DNA of 64,000 nt, taken from Poseidonia sp. (GTDB taxonomy: Archaea; Thermoplasmatota; Poseidoniia; Poseidoniales; Poseidoniaceae). The stretch lies in NCBI GenBank assembly GCA_049627345.1, contig JBMZXF010000001.1, forward strand, positions 85,848-149,847. The letters run 5' to 3'. The notes below the pieces were generated by a model. That model was not told the DNA's origin, made no database searches, and worked only from the letters and a program-made list of their open reading frames with translations. Below, piece by piece: positions 40,054-49,597 of this stretch. Numbering within the stretch: the first letter of the stretch is position 1; each line of letters begins with the position of its first letter. A program made the position numbers and the translations under genes.

Positions 40054-40584
40054 ATGCCTCGCCCATCGACGCAGCAGCGGCATGAACTTGATGCTCTTCG
40101 AATGGAGGTGCTGGCCGAGATGGTGTCCATTGACCTGTTGGACGAGGATGGTCGTCGGCGATTGGACCATGTTCCACTGGGTGTTTTGCGGTCAAACGCC
40201 ACGCAACGCCACGGTGTGACACGCTGGAGCAGCGACGAACACGGCCGTTTGAAGGTCGATGTGGTCGACTTGAATCCGCATTTGCTCAACGAGCATTGGC
40301 GAGACTATGCCGCCTTCGTGTTGTTTCATGAATACCTCCATGTCTTGGGGCATCGAGCTCACGACCGTACCTTCAGGGCCCTCGAAGCACGTTGGCCCAA
40401 CGGAGCAGCATCGGCCCGTGGAAAAGCGTTCACGCACGCGAGGAGGCTGGCAAGGGCCTCATGGCACTGGGTGTGCTCGACCTGCGGTGAGCGCTACCCT
40501 CGGCAACGAAAAGGCAGCGGCCGGTACATGTGCAGGCGATGCAAAACGGTACTGAAGGATGTGCCCAGCCGGGACATTGAATGA
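40054..40584 (+). CDS. SprT/YgjP-like zinc metallopeptidase-motif protein with a C-terminal zinc ribbon
   Basis: FVLFHEYLHVLGHRAHDRTF (HExxH...H) and CSTCGERY...YMCRRCKTV (CxxC...CxxC). A GAGGA Shine-Dalgarno is present. Confidence 0.5.
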   Translation: MPRPSTQQRHELDALRMEVLAEMVSIDLLDEDGRRRLDHVPLGVLRSNATQRHGVTRWSSDEHGRLKVDVVDLNPHLLNEHWRDYAAFVLFHEYLHVLGHRAHDRTFRALEARWPNGAASARGKAFTHARRLARASWHWVCSTCGERYPRQRKGSGRYMCRRCKTVLKDVPSRDIE

Positions 40585-42653
40585 AATACTGCGACTCAAC
40601 CCTCTGCTCGATGAAGCAGGTGTCGGCTCGCCCTCTGCGATGCGCCGTGTTCATCGCCTGCCTGCTAACCTTGTTGGCTCAACCATTCGTCCCGGCTGCT
40701 TCCGCAGGCTTGACCAAAGAAGAAGGCGACTTGTTCTTGTCGTGCCTCGAAGACAACGATTGTGTCCTTTCACCCACGCCGGTCGGTGAGGAACAGATTT
40801 CCGACCAGACCTTTGCCAACATCGTGCAGCCCGAAACCGTCGTCTTCGAATTCATCATGAGCCCGAGCCAAGATCATATCGCGCTGTTGCCTGAATTCTT
40901 GGATGTCCTCGAAATCGATTTCAAACATCAAACCGAGTCAGGGAGCCTGTTTCGCCCAGCGATGGATGTTCGCTTGATCCTTGGTGAGAACGTCAACGAA
41001 TGGTCCTTCGAGGCGAGCACGCTTCCTGAGATGGCGGCTTCGCCGTACCTGCTGGAGGATGAACCCCTCGACACGTCGGCTGGCAGGGTGCTCTGGGAGG
41101 AAGCGAGCGTCCGATTGCTGATCACGGTGACCCTTGACCGACCTGGAACATGGTCGCTGAACATGCGAGGTGCCTCGTTTCTTCAACTGGACGTCCAGTG
41201 GTCGATGGACGCAGCCCAAGTGAACATGGACGAACCCTCTTCCCGAACGCAACCTGTCGCGACGTCCTTCGAAGATGTTCACCGAGGTGCGTTGGTGGGT
41301 GCGGACCACGATTGCTGGGCCTTCGAAATAGAATCTCACGAAGTGCTCCGCTTGTTGGTGGACTGGGAAGTCGTCCCCATTGAAATTGAGCAGCCACATC
41401 CAATTCCCGACTTGATCACCGCTGCTGGAAGGCTCTCACCCACTCCAGAAGTCGTGGTCGACGATGATGGCGAATCCCTGCGCATCACCTACCGCTGGCG
41501 AGCCCTTCCGACCGGCGACTACACCCTGTGCATGCACGGTTCACCCGAGAAAATCCAGCCTTATGCATGGACGGGTGTCTTTGGATACGAAGGGACGGGT
41601 CCGACCGACCCCACAGAATTTACCGCCGCAAGTTACTACCCGCAGGGCACGGGGCTCGTTGGAAACCTCGACGATTCAGTGGACCTGGACGACCAAGGCG
41701 TCGGGTTGTTGCTGGTGTCGATTCTAATGCTGGGTGCGTTCATGATCGTCGCCTTTCGTCCGACAACCGCGTACGGTGTGCGATTCGGCTTGTTTGTGCC
41801 GGGCGTGCTCCTGCTGGTCGTCGGCGGCGTCCTCAATCCTGCCGTGGTCATGTACAACCAGGTTCAGCATCCAGAGGAGATCACCGTCGATGAGCTCATC
41901 GACATGCGACTCAAGCAACTCTGGGATGTATCTGCTGAGGGTGTGCCCGAGCAAACGCTTGCGACCCACACCGGGGCGACATGGGGCATGTTGGACGGGG
42001 AGCGTCTTCAACTCAAACTCGACATTGACCAAGCCATCCCTCTTGATGATGGTCGGTGGCAACTTGTGGTGCCTGAACTGGATTCGTTCCGTTTGGACCA
42101 GGCCATCTTCGGTCAAGTGGCTCAAGGTCAGACCTACACCACGCAGGAAGGGATGCTTGAGGCGCAAACCGTCCGATTCATTCTCCTTGCAAGCCGTTCC
42201 TTGGTGCTCGATCTCATGATGCTCGAAGCGATGTTGGTGGTCGATGACGCACCGTCGTCCTCGGTCTTTCACATCGATGCCGAGATGATTGCTGCGCCGG
42301 CCAGCGGCTCGCTCGCATCACCTGCATGGGCCACTCGCCCATCAACGGTCGATGCCAACGATTGGGTTCGGCTTCAATCGGCCCTGTTCCCCGAGCGAAT
42401 CACCATCTCGTTATGCGATTGTGATCTTGATCTGCTTGATGTGAATTTCATACCGTCCACAGGTTTTGACGGCCGAGACATCCCGCCCTCTTGGGGAATT
42501 CAAAGCGCCGATGGATTCGTCCCGTACGGTGGCGGGCTGATGATGGTCGGTGTGACCCTTGGGTTGTTGGCCACATGGGTGGAGGTTCAACGCAAGTCAA
42601 AGGCGGAAGCACTGGCACGTGAATATGCCCCGGGGTCCGACCAATGGGCCTGA
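40581..42653 (+). CDS. Large hypothetical membrane/surface protein
   Basis: Signal-like CAVFIACLLTLLAQPFVPAASAG, two central TM helices and one C-terminal TM helix. The ATG overlaps the upstream stop (ATGA). An alternative ATG is at 40611. Confidence 0.5.
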   Translation: MKYCDSTLCSMKQVSARPLRCAVFIACLLTLLAQPFVPAASAGLTKEEGDLFLSCLEDNDCVLSPTPVGEEQISDQTFANIVQPETVVFEFIMSPSQDHIALLPEFLDVLEIDFKHQTESGSLFRPAMDVRLILGENVNEWSFEASTLPEMAASPYLLEDEPLDTSAGRVLWEEASVRLLITVTLDRPGTWSLNMRGASFLQLDVQWSMDAAQVNMDEPSSRTQPVATSFEDVHRGALVGADHDCWAFEIESHEVLRLLVDWEVVPIEIEQPHPIPDLITAAGRLSPTPEVVVDDDGESLRITYRWRALPTGDYTLCMHGSPEKIQPYAWTGVFGYEGTGPTDPTEFTAASYYPQGTGLVGNLDDSVDLDDQGVGLLLVSILMLGAFMIVAFRPTTAYGVRFGLFVPGVLLLVVGGVLNPAVVMYNQVQHPEEITVDELIDMRLKQLWDVSAEGVPEQTLATHTGATWGMLDGERLQLKLDIDQAIPLDDGRWQLVVPELDSFRLDQAIFGQVAQGQTYTTQEGMLEAQTVRFILLASRSLVLDLMMLEAMLVVDDAPSSSVFHIDAEMIAAPASGSLASPAWATRPSTVDANDWVRLQSALFPERITISLCDCDLDLLDVNFIPSTGFDGRDIPPSWGIQSADGFVPYGGGLMMVGVTLGLLATWVEVQRKSKAEALAREYAPGSDQWA

Positions 42654-43271
42654 TCAGTTGCTTTCGTTTTTCCCAAGCTCGTCGCTGACCGCTTTCGCAG
42701 TGTCTGACTCCGTCATGTTGGCGGCCTTCGCTGCTGCCTCGATGGATTTGGCCTCGTCAGGGGTGATTTCTCCATCAGCCGCTGCGGATTTGATGGCGGC
42801 CTTGACGTTCAAATCAGCGGCTTCTTGGTCGCTGATGCCGAGCGCCTCTTGGAACGATTTGAGCTCCCTGAGTTCCGCTTCCGTGATCACGCCATCCTCC
42901 CAGGCAGAATCGTAGGCGTGGACCAAGAATTCCTTGTAGGCTTCTTGGTTGAGGAGGACGTCTCGGATCAAGCCTGTATCAACACCCTGGTCGTTGTTGA
43001 CCATGTCGAGGAGGGCGATGGAGCGACGGACTTCCTTGACGGCCATGTCTTTGAGTCCGTGGCCAGCCCACACCGCTCCTGCGGCAACCACGGCAGCGGC
43101 AAACCATCGCATGATGTCCGGGTCGACAAGGTTGCCCGGCTCGACCAAGTGAAAGATCCCCAACACGGCCATGGCGGCGCCGCACATGACCTCGACCCAG
43201 TCGTTGAGGTCGGGCTCGTCATCAAACACCGAAAGACGTTCTTCGACCATGGCATCTCGTTCGTCGCTCAT
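42654..43271 (-). CDS. Hypothetical membrane protein with DG-x-IT-x-x-E helical repeats (TerB-like?)
   Basis: Two TM helices, then WEDGVITEAELRELKSF and AADGEITPDEAKSIEAA repeats. I trimmed the start to ATG 43271. Confidence 0.35.
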   Translation of the reverse strand: MSDERDAMVEERLSVFDDEPDLNDWVEVMCGAAMAVLGIFHLVEPGNLVDPDIMRWFAAAVVAAGAVWAGHGLKDMAVKEVRRSIALLDMVNNDQGVDTGLIRDVLLNQEAYKEFLVHAYDSAWEDGVITEAELRELKSFQEALGISDQEAADLNVKAAIKSAAADGEITPDEAKSIEAAAKAANMTESDTAKAVSDELGKNESN

Positions 43272-43359
43272 GCTTTGACCACGCACAGGTGGGACTTCTA
43301 AGTGTCGGCAACAAAGAGGGGGCGTTGTCCTTTTGAACCGCTGCCCGATATGAGACGGT

Positions 43360-45957
43360 ATGGAGGTGGCAGAACGGGCGGTTTCATCGCTGGGGTTGCC
43401 GGCTCGCTTTACCAAGTTCTTGACCGACGAATGGGGAATTCAACAGCTCCACCCGCCGCAGGCTGAAGCCGCACCGTCGATTCTCAAGGGCGACAACACC
43501 TTGGTGGCGATCCCCACGGCTTCCGGGAAGTCACTTCTTGCCTACATGGGCATGGTCAAACGAATTTCCGAGGGTCATTCACGCTCAAAGGCCATCTACA
43601 TCGTGCCGCTCAAGGCGCTGGCGATGGAGAAGTATGAGGATTTGAGCGCCATCGCTGGTGCCATGGGCTGGTCTGTGGGCCTGGGCATTGGCGATGCGAC
43701 AGCGGAAGCGAAAAACATCGACGATTGCAACATTCTGGTGTGCACCTCCGAAAAGCTGGATTCTCTGCTGCGTCACCGCGCCGAGCTGGTGTCGGATGTA
43801 TGCTGTGTCGTAGCGGATGAGTTTCACTTGATGAACGACGGGACCCGCGGTCCAACATTGGAAATCAATCTGACCCGCCTTCGCCACATCAAACCCGATG
43901 CGCAAATCATTGCGCTTTCGGCCACGGTCGGAAACGCTCAGGACCTCGCCACGTGGCTTGATGCGACGTTGATTCAATCCGACTGGCGCCCGGTCGCGCT
44001 CGAGTACGCTACGTTTCACGATTTTCACGTTGAGCCGCGCAAAATCCAATCCCCGGGCGACGAGGGCGATCATGGGACATTGAGTCCGCCGCGGGACCTT
44101 GAGGGCCTGAAGAGTCATCCGGTGTGGAGCGTCGTGGACGATGGCCTGACGCAGGGCGCGCAGGTGTTGATGTTCGTTGGTACGCGCAGAAGTGCTCAAT
44201 CCGAGGCCAAGAACTTGTCAAAACGAGTTCGCAAACGCCTCGAAAAAGAAGACCCCGACCGATTGGCTCGGCTCAAGGGACTCGCCGAGAAGTTGACCGG
44301 TCGGAGCCAATCCAACCTCGCCGAGCAGTTGGCCTCCTGTTTGTCCTCTGGGGTCGGCTTTCATCACGCAGGCCTCACCAACGCCCAGCGGAAGGATGTG
44401 GAAGCGGCGTTCAAGGATGGCCTGTTGGTGGCCCTCACCGCCACACCAACCTTGGCTGCAGGCGTGAACCTTCCTGCAAGGCGCGTCCTGGTGCGAGACC
44501 TCAAACGATGGGACGACGGGATGAGTCGTCCATTGCCCGTCATGGAAGTCCGTCAGATGCTCGGTCGTGCAGGGCGGCCAAAGTACGATTCCAAAGGTGA
44601 AGCGTGGGTCTACTGCAAGGGGACGGACGGATGGGAGGTGGCCGATGCGGTGTCCGATCGGTACTTCTTCGGCCCGATCGAAGACATCTCCTCGAAGTTG
44701 GCTTCCGAACCTGCGCTCCGCATGCACGTCCTCGCCAGCATTGCAACGGGAGGCCTCGTCCACAAAGGGTCCATTGAGCACTTCTTTTCATCCACCTTCC
44801 TCGGCGCCTCCATGCCCCCTTCCCAATTGAGGGAACGCCTCACGAGCATGCTGGACTGGCTGGTTGAGGAGCGTTTTGTCCGGCGATGCGGCCCGGATGA
44901 ACATTTCACGCCCTCTTGGGCCAATGCGTCCGTTGACGAAGATGAAGCGTGGGATGACACGGTGCCAACATGGGCCACCAGCGCCCATCACACACAAGGC
45001 GTGTCCTGGGAGCCGGAACGACCTGGGGCCAAGCCTCTCCAACGTGCGAGCAGCGCCCATCCTACGCCTTCCTTCGGTTTCTCAAGGGCCACTTCACTCG
45101 AGCAAACGGGTGGTTGGGTTCAACCGGTCGCCGAAGACGGCCCCGACATGCGTTACGAGGCCACGGCCATGGGTGAACGTGTCACACAATTGTACCTCGA
45201 CCCCCTCTCGGCTTCCATTCTTCGGCGTGGGCTCCGCAGGGCAGTCCGCCGTTGTGTTCGAAAGGATGCACCTGTCTCTGATTTTGGCTTCCTCCATCTG
45301 GCGGTTGCCACACCAGATTTTGTTTCATTGTGGGCAAAATCAGCCGATTTTGAAGTCAATTCACCCACCTGGTTGAAGGCCAACGCAACCGAGGATGAAC
45401 TCCTCGTCGAGCCGGGCTATGCAGAAGCGATGCTCAGCGATATCAAATCCGCTTGGATGGTGGAAGAATGGACTGAAGAGACCACGTTGCGGCAACTTGA
45501 GAAGGAGTTGGATGTTCTCCCGGGGGATGTCCATCATCGTATCGATTTGATGGGTTGGCTCTTGGCTGGAGCCCAACAAGTCTTGCTGACCGATGATGTG
45601 TTTGCTGACGAGCACCTTCCTGTGGTCGCCGACCTCGTTCAGCGCATCAGTACCCTCCAGCAGCGCGTGCGTCACGGGTGCAAGACCGACCTCCTGCAAC
45701 TTGTCAACATCCGCCATGTCGGGCGGCAACGTGCTCGTGAACTGGCAGCGCTGGGCATGCGAGAACCGAACGATGTGCTCCGCATGTCGTCCAAGCAACG
45801 ATCGACGCTTCTCGCTCAACGTGGGTGGGGGCCGGTGCTGTTGGACAAAATATTCACTGAAATCGAACGGGTCTTGAAACGAGCAACGAGCGTCAACAAA
45901 CCATCTGCTCGGGGCGATGATGCTCCACTGGAAGGCGAACGATCTGAGCATGATTGA
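43360..45957 (+). CDS. hel308: Ski2-like DNA helicase Hel308
   Basis: LHPPQAEA (Q motif), AIPTASGKSLLA (Walker A), ADEFH, SATVGN, HHAGL and GRAGRP, with a C-terminal HhH-like domain. It contains an extra low-complexity insert. Confidence 0.9.
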   Translation: MEVAERAVSSLGLPARFTKFLTDEWGIQQLHPPQAEAAPSILKGDNTLVAIPTASGKSLLAYMGMVKRISEGHSRSKAIYIVPLKALAMEKYEDLSAIAGAMGWSVGLGIGDATAEAKNIDDCNILVCTSEKLDSLLRHRAELVSDVCCVVADEFHLMNDGTRGPTLEINLTRLRHIKPDAQIIALSATVGNAQDLATWLDATLIQSDWRPVALEYATFHDFHVEPRKIQSPGDEGDHGTLSPPRDLEGLKSHPVWSVVDDGLTQGAQVLMFVGTRRSAQSEAKNLSKRVRKRLEKEDPDRLARLKGLAEKLTGRSQSNLAEQLASCLSSGVGFHHAGLTNAQRKDVEAAFKDGLLVALTATPTLAAGVNLPARRVLVRDLKRWDDGMSRPLPVMEVRQMLGRAGRPKYDSKGEAWVYCKGTDGWEVADAVSDRYFFGPIEDISSKLASEPALRMHVLASIATGGLVHKGSIEHFFSSTFLGASMPPSQLRERLTSMLDWLVEERFVRRCGPDEHFTPSWANASVDEDEAWDDTVPTWATSAHHTQGVSWEPERPGAKPLQRASSAHPTPSFGFSRATSLEQTGGWVQPVAEDGPDMRYEATAMGERVTQLYLDPLSASILRRGLRRAVRRCVRKDAPVSDFGFLHLAVATPDFVSLWAKSADFEVNSPTWLKANATEDELLVEPGYAEAMLSDIKSAWMVEEWTEETTLRQLEKELDVLPGDVHHRIDLMGWLLAGAQQVLLTDDVFADEHLPVVADLVQRISTLQQRVRHGCKTDLLQLVNIRHVGRQRARELAALGMREPNDVLRMSSKQRSTLLAQRGWGPVLLDKIFTEIERVLKRATSVNKPSARGDDAPLEGERSEHD

Positions 45958-45981
45958 AAGCGGTGAACCTGCTGGACTGGG

Positions 45982-46551
45982 ATGATGAGCTCTCGTCCGT
46001 TCCCCGTTGCGAACGTTCACCTCAGCGGGGAAGCGCCAAACGAAGCCATCGACCGCTTCCTCAAGTACCGGCCCTCCGAACGTTGGGTGTTGCTTGGTGG
46101 CCATGCAGCACAGAGCATGGACCAGTTGTGGACGGCTTGGGTTCAAGCCGCTCGCAATGATTTGAGGGACGGCATGGTGGCTCGGAGCATTGACGCAGAG
46201 TTCCTCCGATACCTCGCCGGTACCCACCATATCTCGGAAGCGTTCACCCGGGCAGGTCTCCAGCCCGGCCAGGAGAACGCATGGATTGTGTACCTTCCCG
46301 AGGCCAGGGGCGTGGCCAACGATTTGGGTCATGTCCAACCGGTCGCCATCGAACCTGAGTCGTTTCACGCCGATGTGAACACACTCAGTTGGTTGTTGAA
46401 GTGGACTCCTCAGGAGCGCCAATTGGCATATTCTATAGAGGGTGCGAGCCTGTTGGGCGTCGATGTTGACGGCTGGTCGAACAATCGGGAGGAAGAAGCC
46501 TTGGTGGCTCACATTTTGATGGCGGACGATCAAAGTTCATCGCACCGATGA
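45982..46551 (+). CDS. Possible KEOPS subunit Cgi121
   Basis: ARSIDAEFLRYLAGTHHISEAFTRAG resembles the Cgi121 'A-x-S-x-E-x-E-x-L-x-Y-x-S-G-x-R-Q-I-x-x-A' segment as I recall it. 189 aa. Confidence 0.4.
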   Translation: MMSSRPFPVANVHLSGEAPNEAIDRFLKYRPSERWVLLGGHAAQSMDQLWTAWVQAARNDLRDGMVARSIDAEFLRYLAGTHHISEAFTRAGLQPGQENAWIVYLPEARGVANDLGHVQPVAIEPESFHADVNTLSWLLKWTPQERQLAYSIEGASLLGVDVDGWSNNREEEALVAHILMADDQSSSHR

Positions 46552-46588
46552 TGGGAGGGTTGAAAGGCTCCTTCGTTGTCCACTATCC

Positions 46589-48031
46589 ATGGTCATGGCA
46601 GCGAAGCAAAACGACGGGCACCGGCCGACGTCAGGGCGGTACCTCGACCAAGAAAAGGTTCGGAAAGCGCTTGATGCAGCGACTGCCCACGGGGCGAGTT
46701 ATGCAGAGGTTCGCGTTGTGGCTTTGACCGAATCAACCGTGGCCATGCGAGACGGCATGCTTGAACGAGCCATTCCCGGGCAGGAACTTGGCATGACGCT
46801 TCGGGTGCTCGCCGACGGCGCATGGGGCGTCCACTCAACGACTGATATCGCCTCGCTTGCCGACCAAATCGAATCCACCACACGTCTGGCCAAGGCCGTT
46901 GCAAAGCGCCGTTCGCCAGGTGAACAACCCAAAGCCCTGGCGGAAGTTCCGATCATTGAAGACGAAACACATTGGCGTTCTGCCCTCGATGTCCGTCACA
47001 CTGAACTCGACGAGAAAATGAACCTCATGAACGACCTCTACAAGGGCGCCACCGGCCATGACGACATAGTTTCTGTGCGCACGGGTTGGAGCGATGAACA
47101 CATCCACACCGAACTCATGACCACCGAAGGCATGGATCGTGTTTGGTCGTTCCAACGCTCCCTCATCCACGGGATGGTCACCGCCCGAAAAGACGGTGAA
47201 GTCGTCTCCTACCGAACCCGACACGGAGGCCAAGGCGGACTTGAAGTGATTCATGGGTGCGACCTCGTCGAACTGGGCGAAGCAGCCCAGCGAGCGGCGC
47301 TTCGGCTGCTGGACGCCGAGCGTGCGCCTTCCGGTAAACTCCCGCTCATCGCGGACAAGGATCTCACCGGCGTCTACATTCACGAAGCCTTGGGCCACCC
47401 CTGCGAGGCTGATTTGGTTGCGGCGGGCGATTCCTGCTTGGATGGAAAACTCGGACAGAAGATCGGCAACGAACTGGTCACCGTGGTTGACGACCCGACC
47501 ATGATGGGCGGTTATGGTGCCTATCCTGTGGATGACGAAGGCGTGAACACGCGAGAAAAAGTCCTCATCAAAAACGGCGTGTTGACCGAATACCTCAATC
47601 ACAGGGAAACGGCGCATCACTTCGATGTTGACCCCAACGGCGGTGCACGTGCACAAGACGGTCTTCACCACCCCCTCGTTCGAATGAGCAACACCATGAT
47701 TCAAGGCGGCACCCACGCTGACATTGATGAACTGATGGAAGACATTCAGTACGGCGTCTATGCCTGTGGAACCCGTGGAGGGCAAGTGGACACCGGTCGA
47801 GGTTCGTTCCAATTCGCTGCACAAGAAGCGTGGCTCATCGAAAACGGTGAGTTGACCAGGCCGCTCAAGGACGTCAGCGTCAGTGGACTGACCCTTGAAA
47901 TTCTCAACAACGTCAACGGTTTGACCCGAGATGCGTCTTTGGCATCGCCAGGCTTCTGCGGAAAGGGGCAAACCGTTCCTGTTGGCGACGGCGGCCCCGT
48001 CATGCGAATCAGCGAAGCCTTGGTGGGATGA
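46589..48031 (+). CDS. tldD: TldD family metalloprotease
   Basis: HEALGHPCEAD (HExxxH) and GVYACGTRGGQVDTGRGSFQFAAQEAWLIENGEL, typical of TldD. Confidence 0.85.
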   Translation: MVMAAKQNDGHRPTSGRYLDQEKVRKALDAATAHGASYAEVRVVALTESTVAMRDGMLERAIPGQELGMTLRVLADGAWGVHSTTDIASLADQIESTTRLAKAVAKRRSPGEQPKALAEVPIIEDETHWRSALDVRHTELDEKMNLMNDLYKGATGHDDIVSVRTGWSDEHIHTELMTTEGMDRVWSFQRSLIHGMVTARKDGEVVSYRTRHGGQGGLEVIHGCDLVELGEAAQRAALRLLDAERAPSGKLPLIADKDLTGVYIHEALGHPCEADLVAAGDSCLDGKLGQKIGNELVTVVDDPTMMGGYGAYPVDDEGVNTREKVLIKNGVLTEYLNHRETAHHFDVDPNGGARAQDGLHHPLVRMSNTMIQGGTHADIDELMEDIQYGVYACGTRGGQVDTGRGSFQFAAQEAWLIENGELTRPLKDVSVSGLTLEILNNVNGLTRDASLASPGFCGKGQTVPVGDGGPVMRISEALVG

Positions 48032-48032
48032 G

Positions 48033-49436
48033 ATGCTTCCAGACGGCGCTGAAGAACGCCTGTTGGCCAGTGCCAACATCATTGCCGACGCCTGCCGGGC
48101 GAGCGGCGTTCAACAGTGGGATTTGGTTGGCTTCCAATCCTACGGACAACAACTCGACATTGAGGCTGGAAAAATCACCATGGCTGCAGGCGGTGGTGAA
48201 GGTGGTTTTGGTGTGCGCGTGGTTGACGGTGGGCGCTTCGGTTTCGCGCACCTTGTCGATGTTGCGGGCGCTGAACGAGCGGTGAATCAAGCGGTGGCGA
48301 TTGCCAAAAAATCACCGTCCATCGATGGATTCGTCCTCCCATCGGAGCAACCAGCCCAACACGTTGGTGGCCGCTTTGACGCATCGTTGTTGGACCTCAG
48401 TCCAGAGGATCTCTTGGAACAAGCGGACACCATCCTTTCTGCGGTTCAATCCCTCGATGAACGAGCCGTGGTCACCGGCGGAGGCATCGGAATTTCTGCC
48501 ACAGCAGGGTGCTTGATGAACAGCGAAGGCGTGTTGTCCACGGGGATGACCACGTCACATGGCTTGGGCATTCAGGTAAGCCTTGATGTCAACGGTGAAC
48601 TGACCAGTTCCTACCAAGGTGCTTCGAGCCGGAGCAAGCTTCAGGATGTCCCCGAATGCGTTGAACGCGCCGTTCACTGGGCGCAAGTAACTCAAAACCC
48701 ACTTCAAGTTGAAAGCGAGGCTGTCGATGCTCCCGTTCTCATGACGAGCGAAGGGTTCTCACCGTTGTTTTCCATGGTTGTTCCACCGGCCATGACCGGG
48801 GAGAAAATGGTTCGAAAGGAATCCTTTTGGTCCGAGAGCATGGACAAGCAGGTCATCAACTCAGCCCTTTCTCTCCACGACAACGGCTTGCTCGAGGGCG
48901 GGATGTCCTCGGGTTCAAGGGACGCAGAAGGCGTCCCCCGTCAACATCGTGCGCTGGTCGAAGACGGGCGACTTTGCAGCATGCTGTGGTCCACCCGAGA
49001 CGCCGCACAACAGGTGGCGGAAGGCAGGATCGAGACGGCTGCTTCGACCGGTTCGGCGAGTTCTGGTGGGCACCAAGCCCCACCTTCCACGGGGTGCACC
49101 GAGTTGTTTCTCACTTCAACCGAAGCACCTCGTTCCATGGATGCGTTGCTGGCCCACATGGGGGACGGCTACGTGGTCAACAGCGTCATGGGTGCGCACA
49201 CCGCCAACCCGAGCAGCGGCGACTTTTCGGTCACCACCAGTTCCATCCTCAAGGTCGAAAACGGTGAAATCATCGGTTCGCTCAAGCAAGCCGGTCTCTC
49301 CGGCAACCTTGCCAAAGCGCTCAACGGTGCGGTTCACCTCGGAGCAGATGTTCGGCGGCAAGGCTCGTACTCATCGGGGAGCATGCACTTGCCCGACGTC
49401 TTGCTTATGGATGGCTTGCGCGTGAATCCCGCATGA
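48033..49436 (+). CDS. pmbA: PmbA/TldE family protein (TldD partner)
   Basis: The C-terminal GYVVNSVMGAHTANPSSGDFSV...G matches the PmbA pattern. ATG 48033 lies 1 nt after the tldD stop, with a GGTGGG Shine-Dalgarno. I trimmed it from the track start at 47931. Confidence 0.8.
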   Translation: MLPDGAEERLLASANIIADACRASGVQQWDLVGFQSYGQQLDIEAGKITMAAGGGEGGFGVRVVDGGRFGFAHLVDVAGAERAVNQAVAIAKKSPSIDGFVLPSEQPAQHVGGRFDASLLDLSPEDLLEQADTILSAVQSLDERAVVTGGGIGISATAGCLMNSEGVLSTGMTTSHGLGIQVSLDVNGELTSSYQGASSRSKLQDVPECVERAVHWAQVTQNPLQVESEAVDAPVLMTSEGFSPLFSMVVPPAMTGEKMVRKESFWSESMDKQVINSALSLHDNGLLEGGMSSGSRDAEGVPRQHRALVEDGRLCSMLWSTRDAAQQVAEGRIETAASTGSASSGGHQAPPSTGCTELFLTSTEAPRSMDALLAHMGDGYVVNSVMGAHTANPSSGDFSVTTSSILKVENGEIIGSLKQAGLSGNLAKALNGAVHLGADVRRQGSYSSGSMHLPDVLLMDGLRVNPA

Positions 49437-49597
49437 ATTGCCCGTTCAAGGCCACGGCATTCTTTATGTCCTGTCGTCGTTGGTGAGATGTTCCATGGAG
49501 GTCAAGGGAGTGTCCAATCTTAACCAACCCGCACGAAAGCCCGCCGCCTGTTCTCCGTACAGGCCACGAACAACAACGCCTGTCGGGGTGATTCGAC

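Noticed and set aside
45361-46533. 390-aa minus-strand ORF overlapping the hel308 3' end and the cgi121-like gene
   Set aside because: It is antisense to two plus-strand genes, has no recognisable motifs, and crosses their intergenic spacer.
46835-48082. 415-aa ORF antisense to tldD
   Set aside because: It is a shadow frame of a gene with clear TldD motifs.
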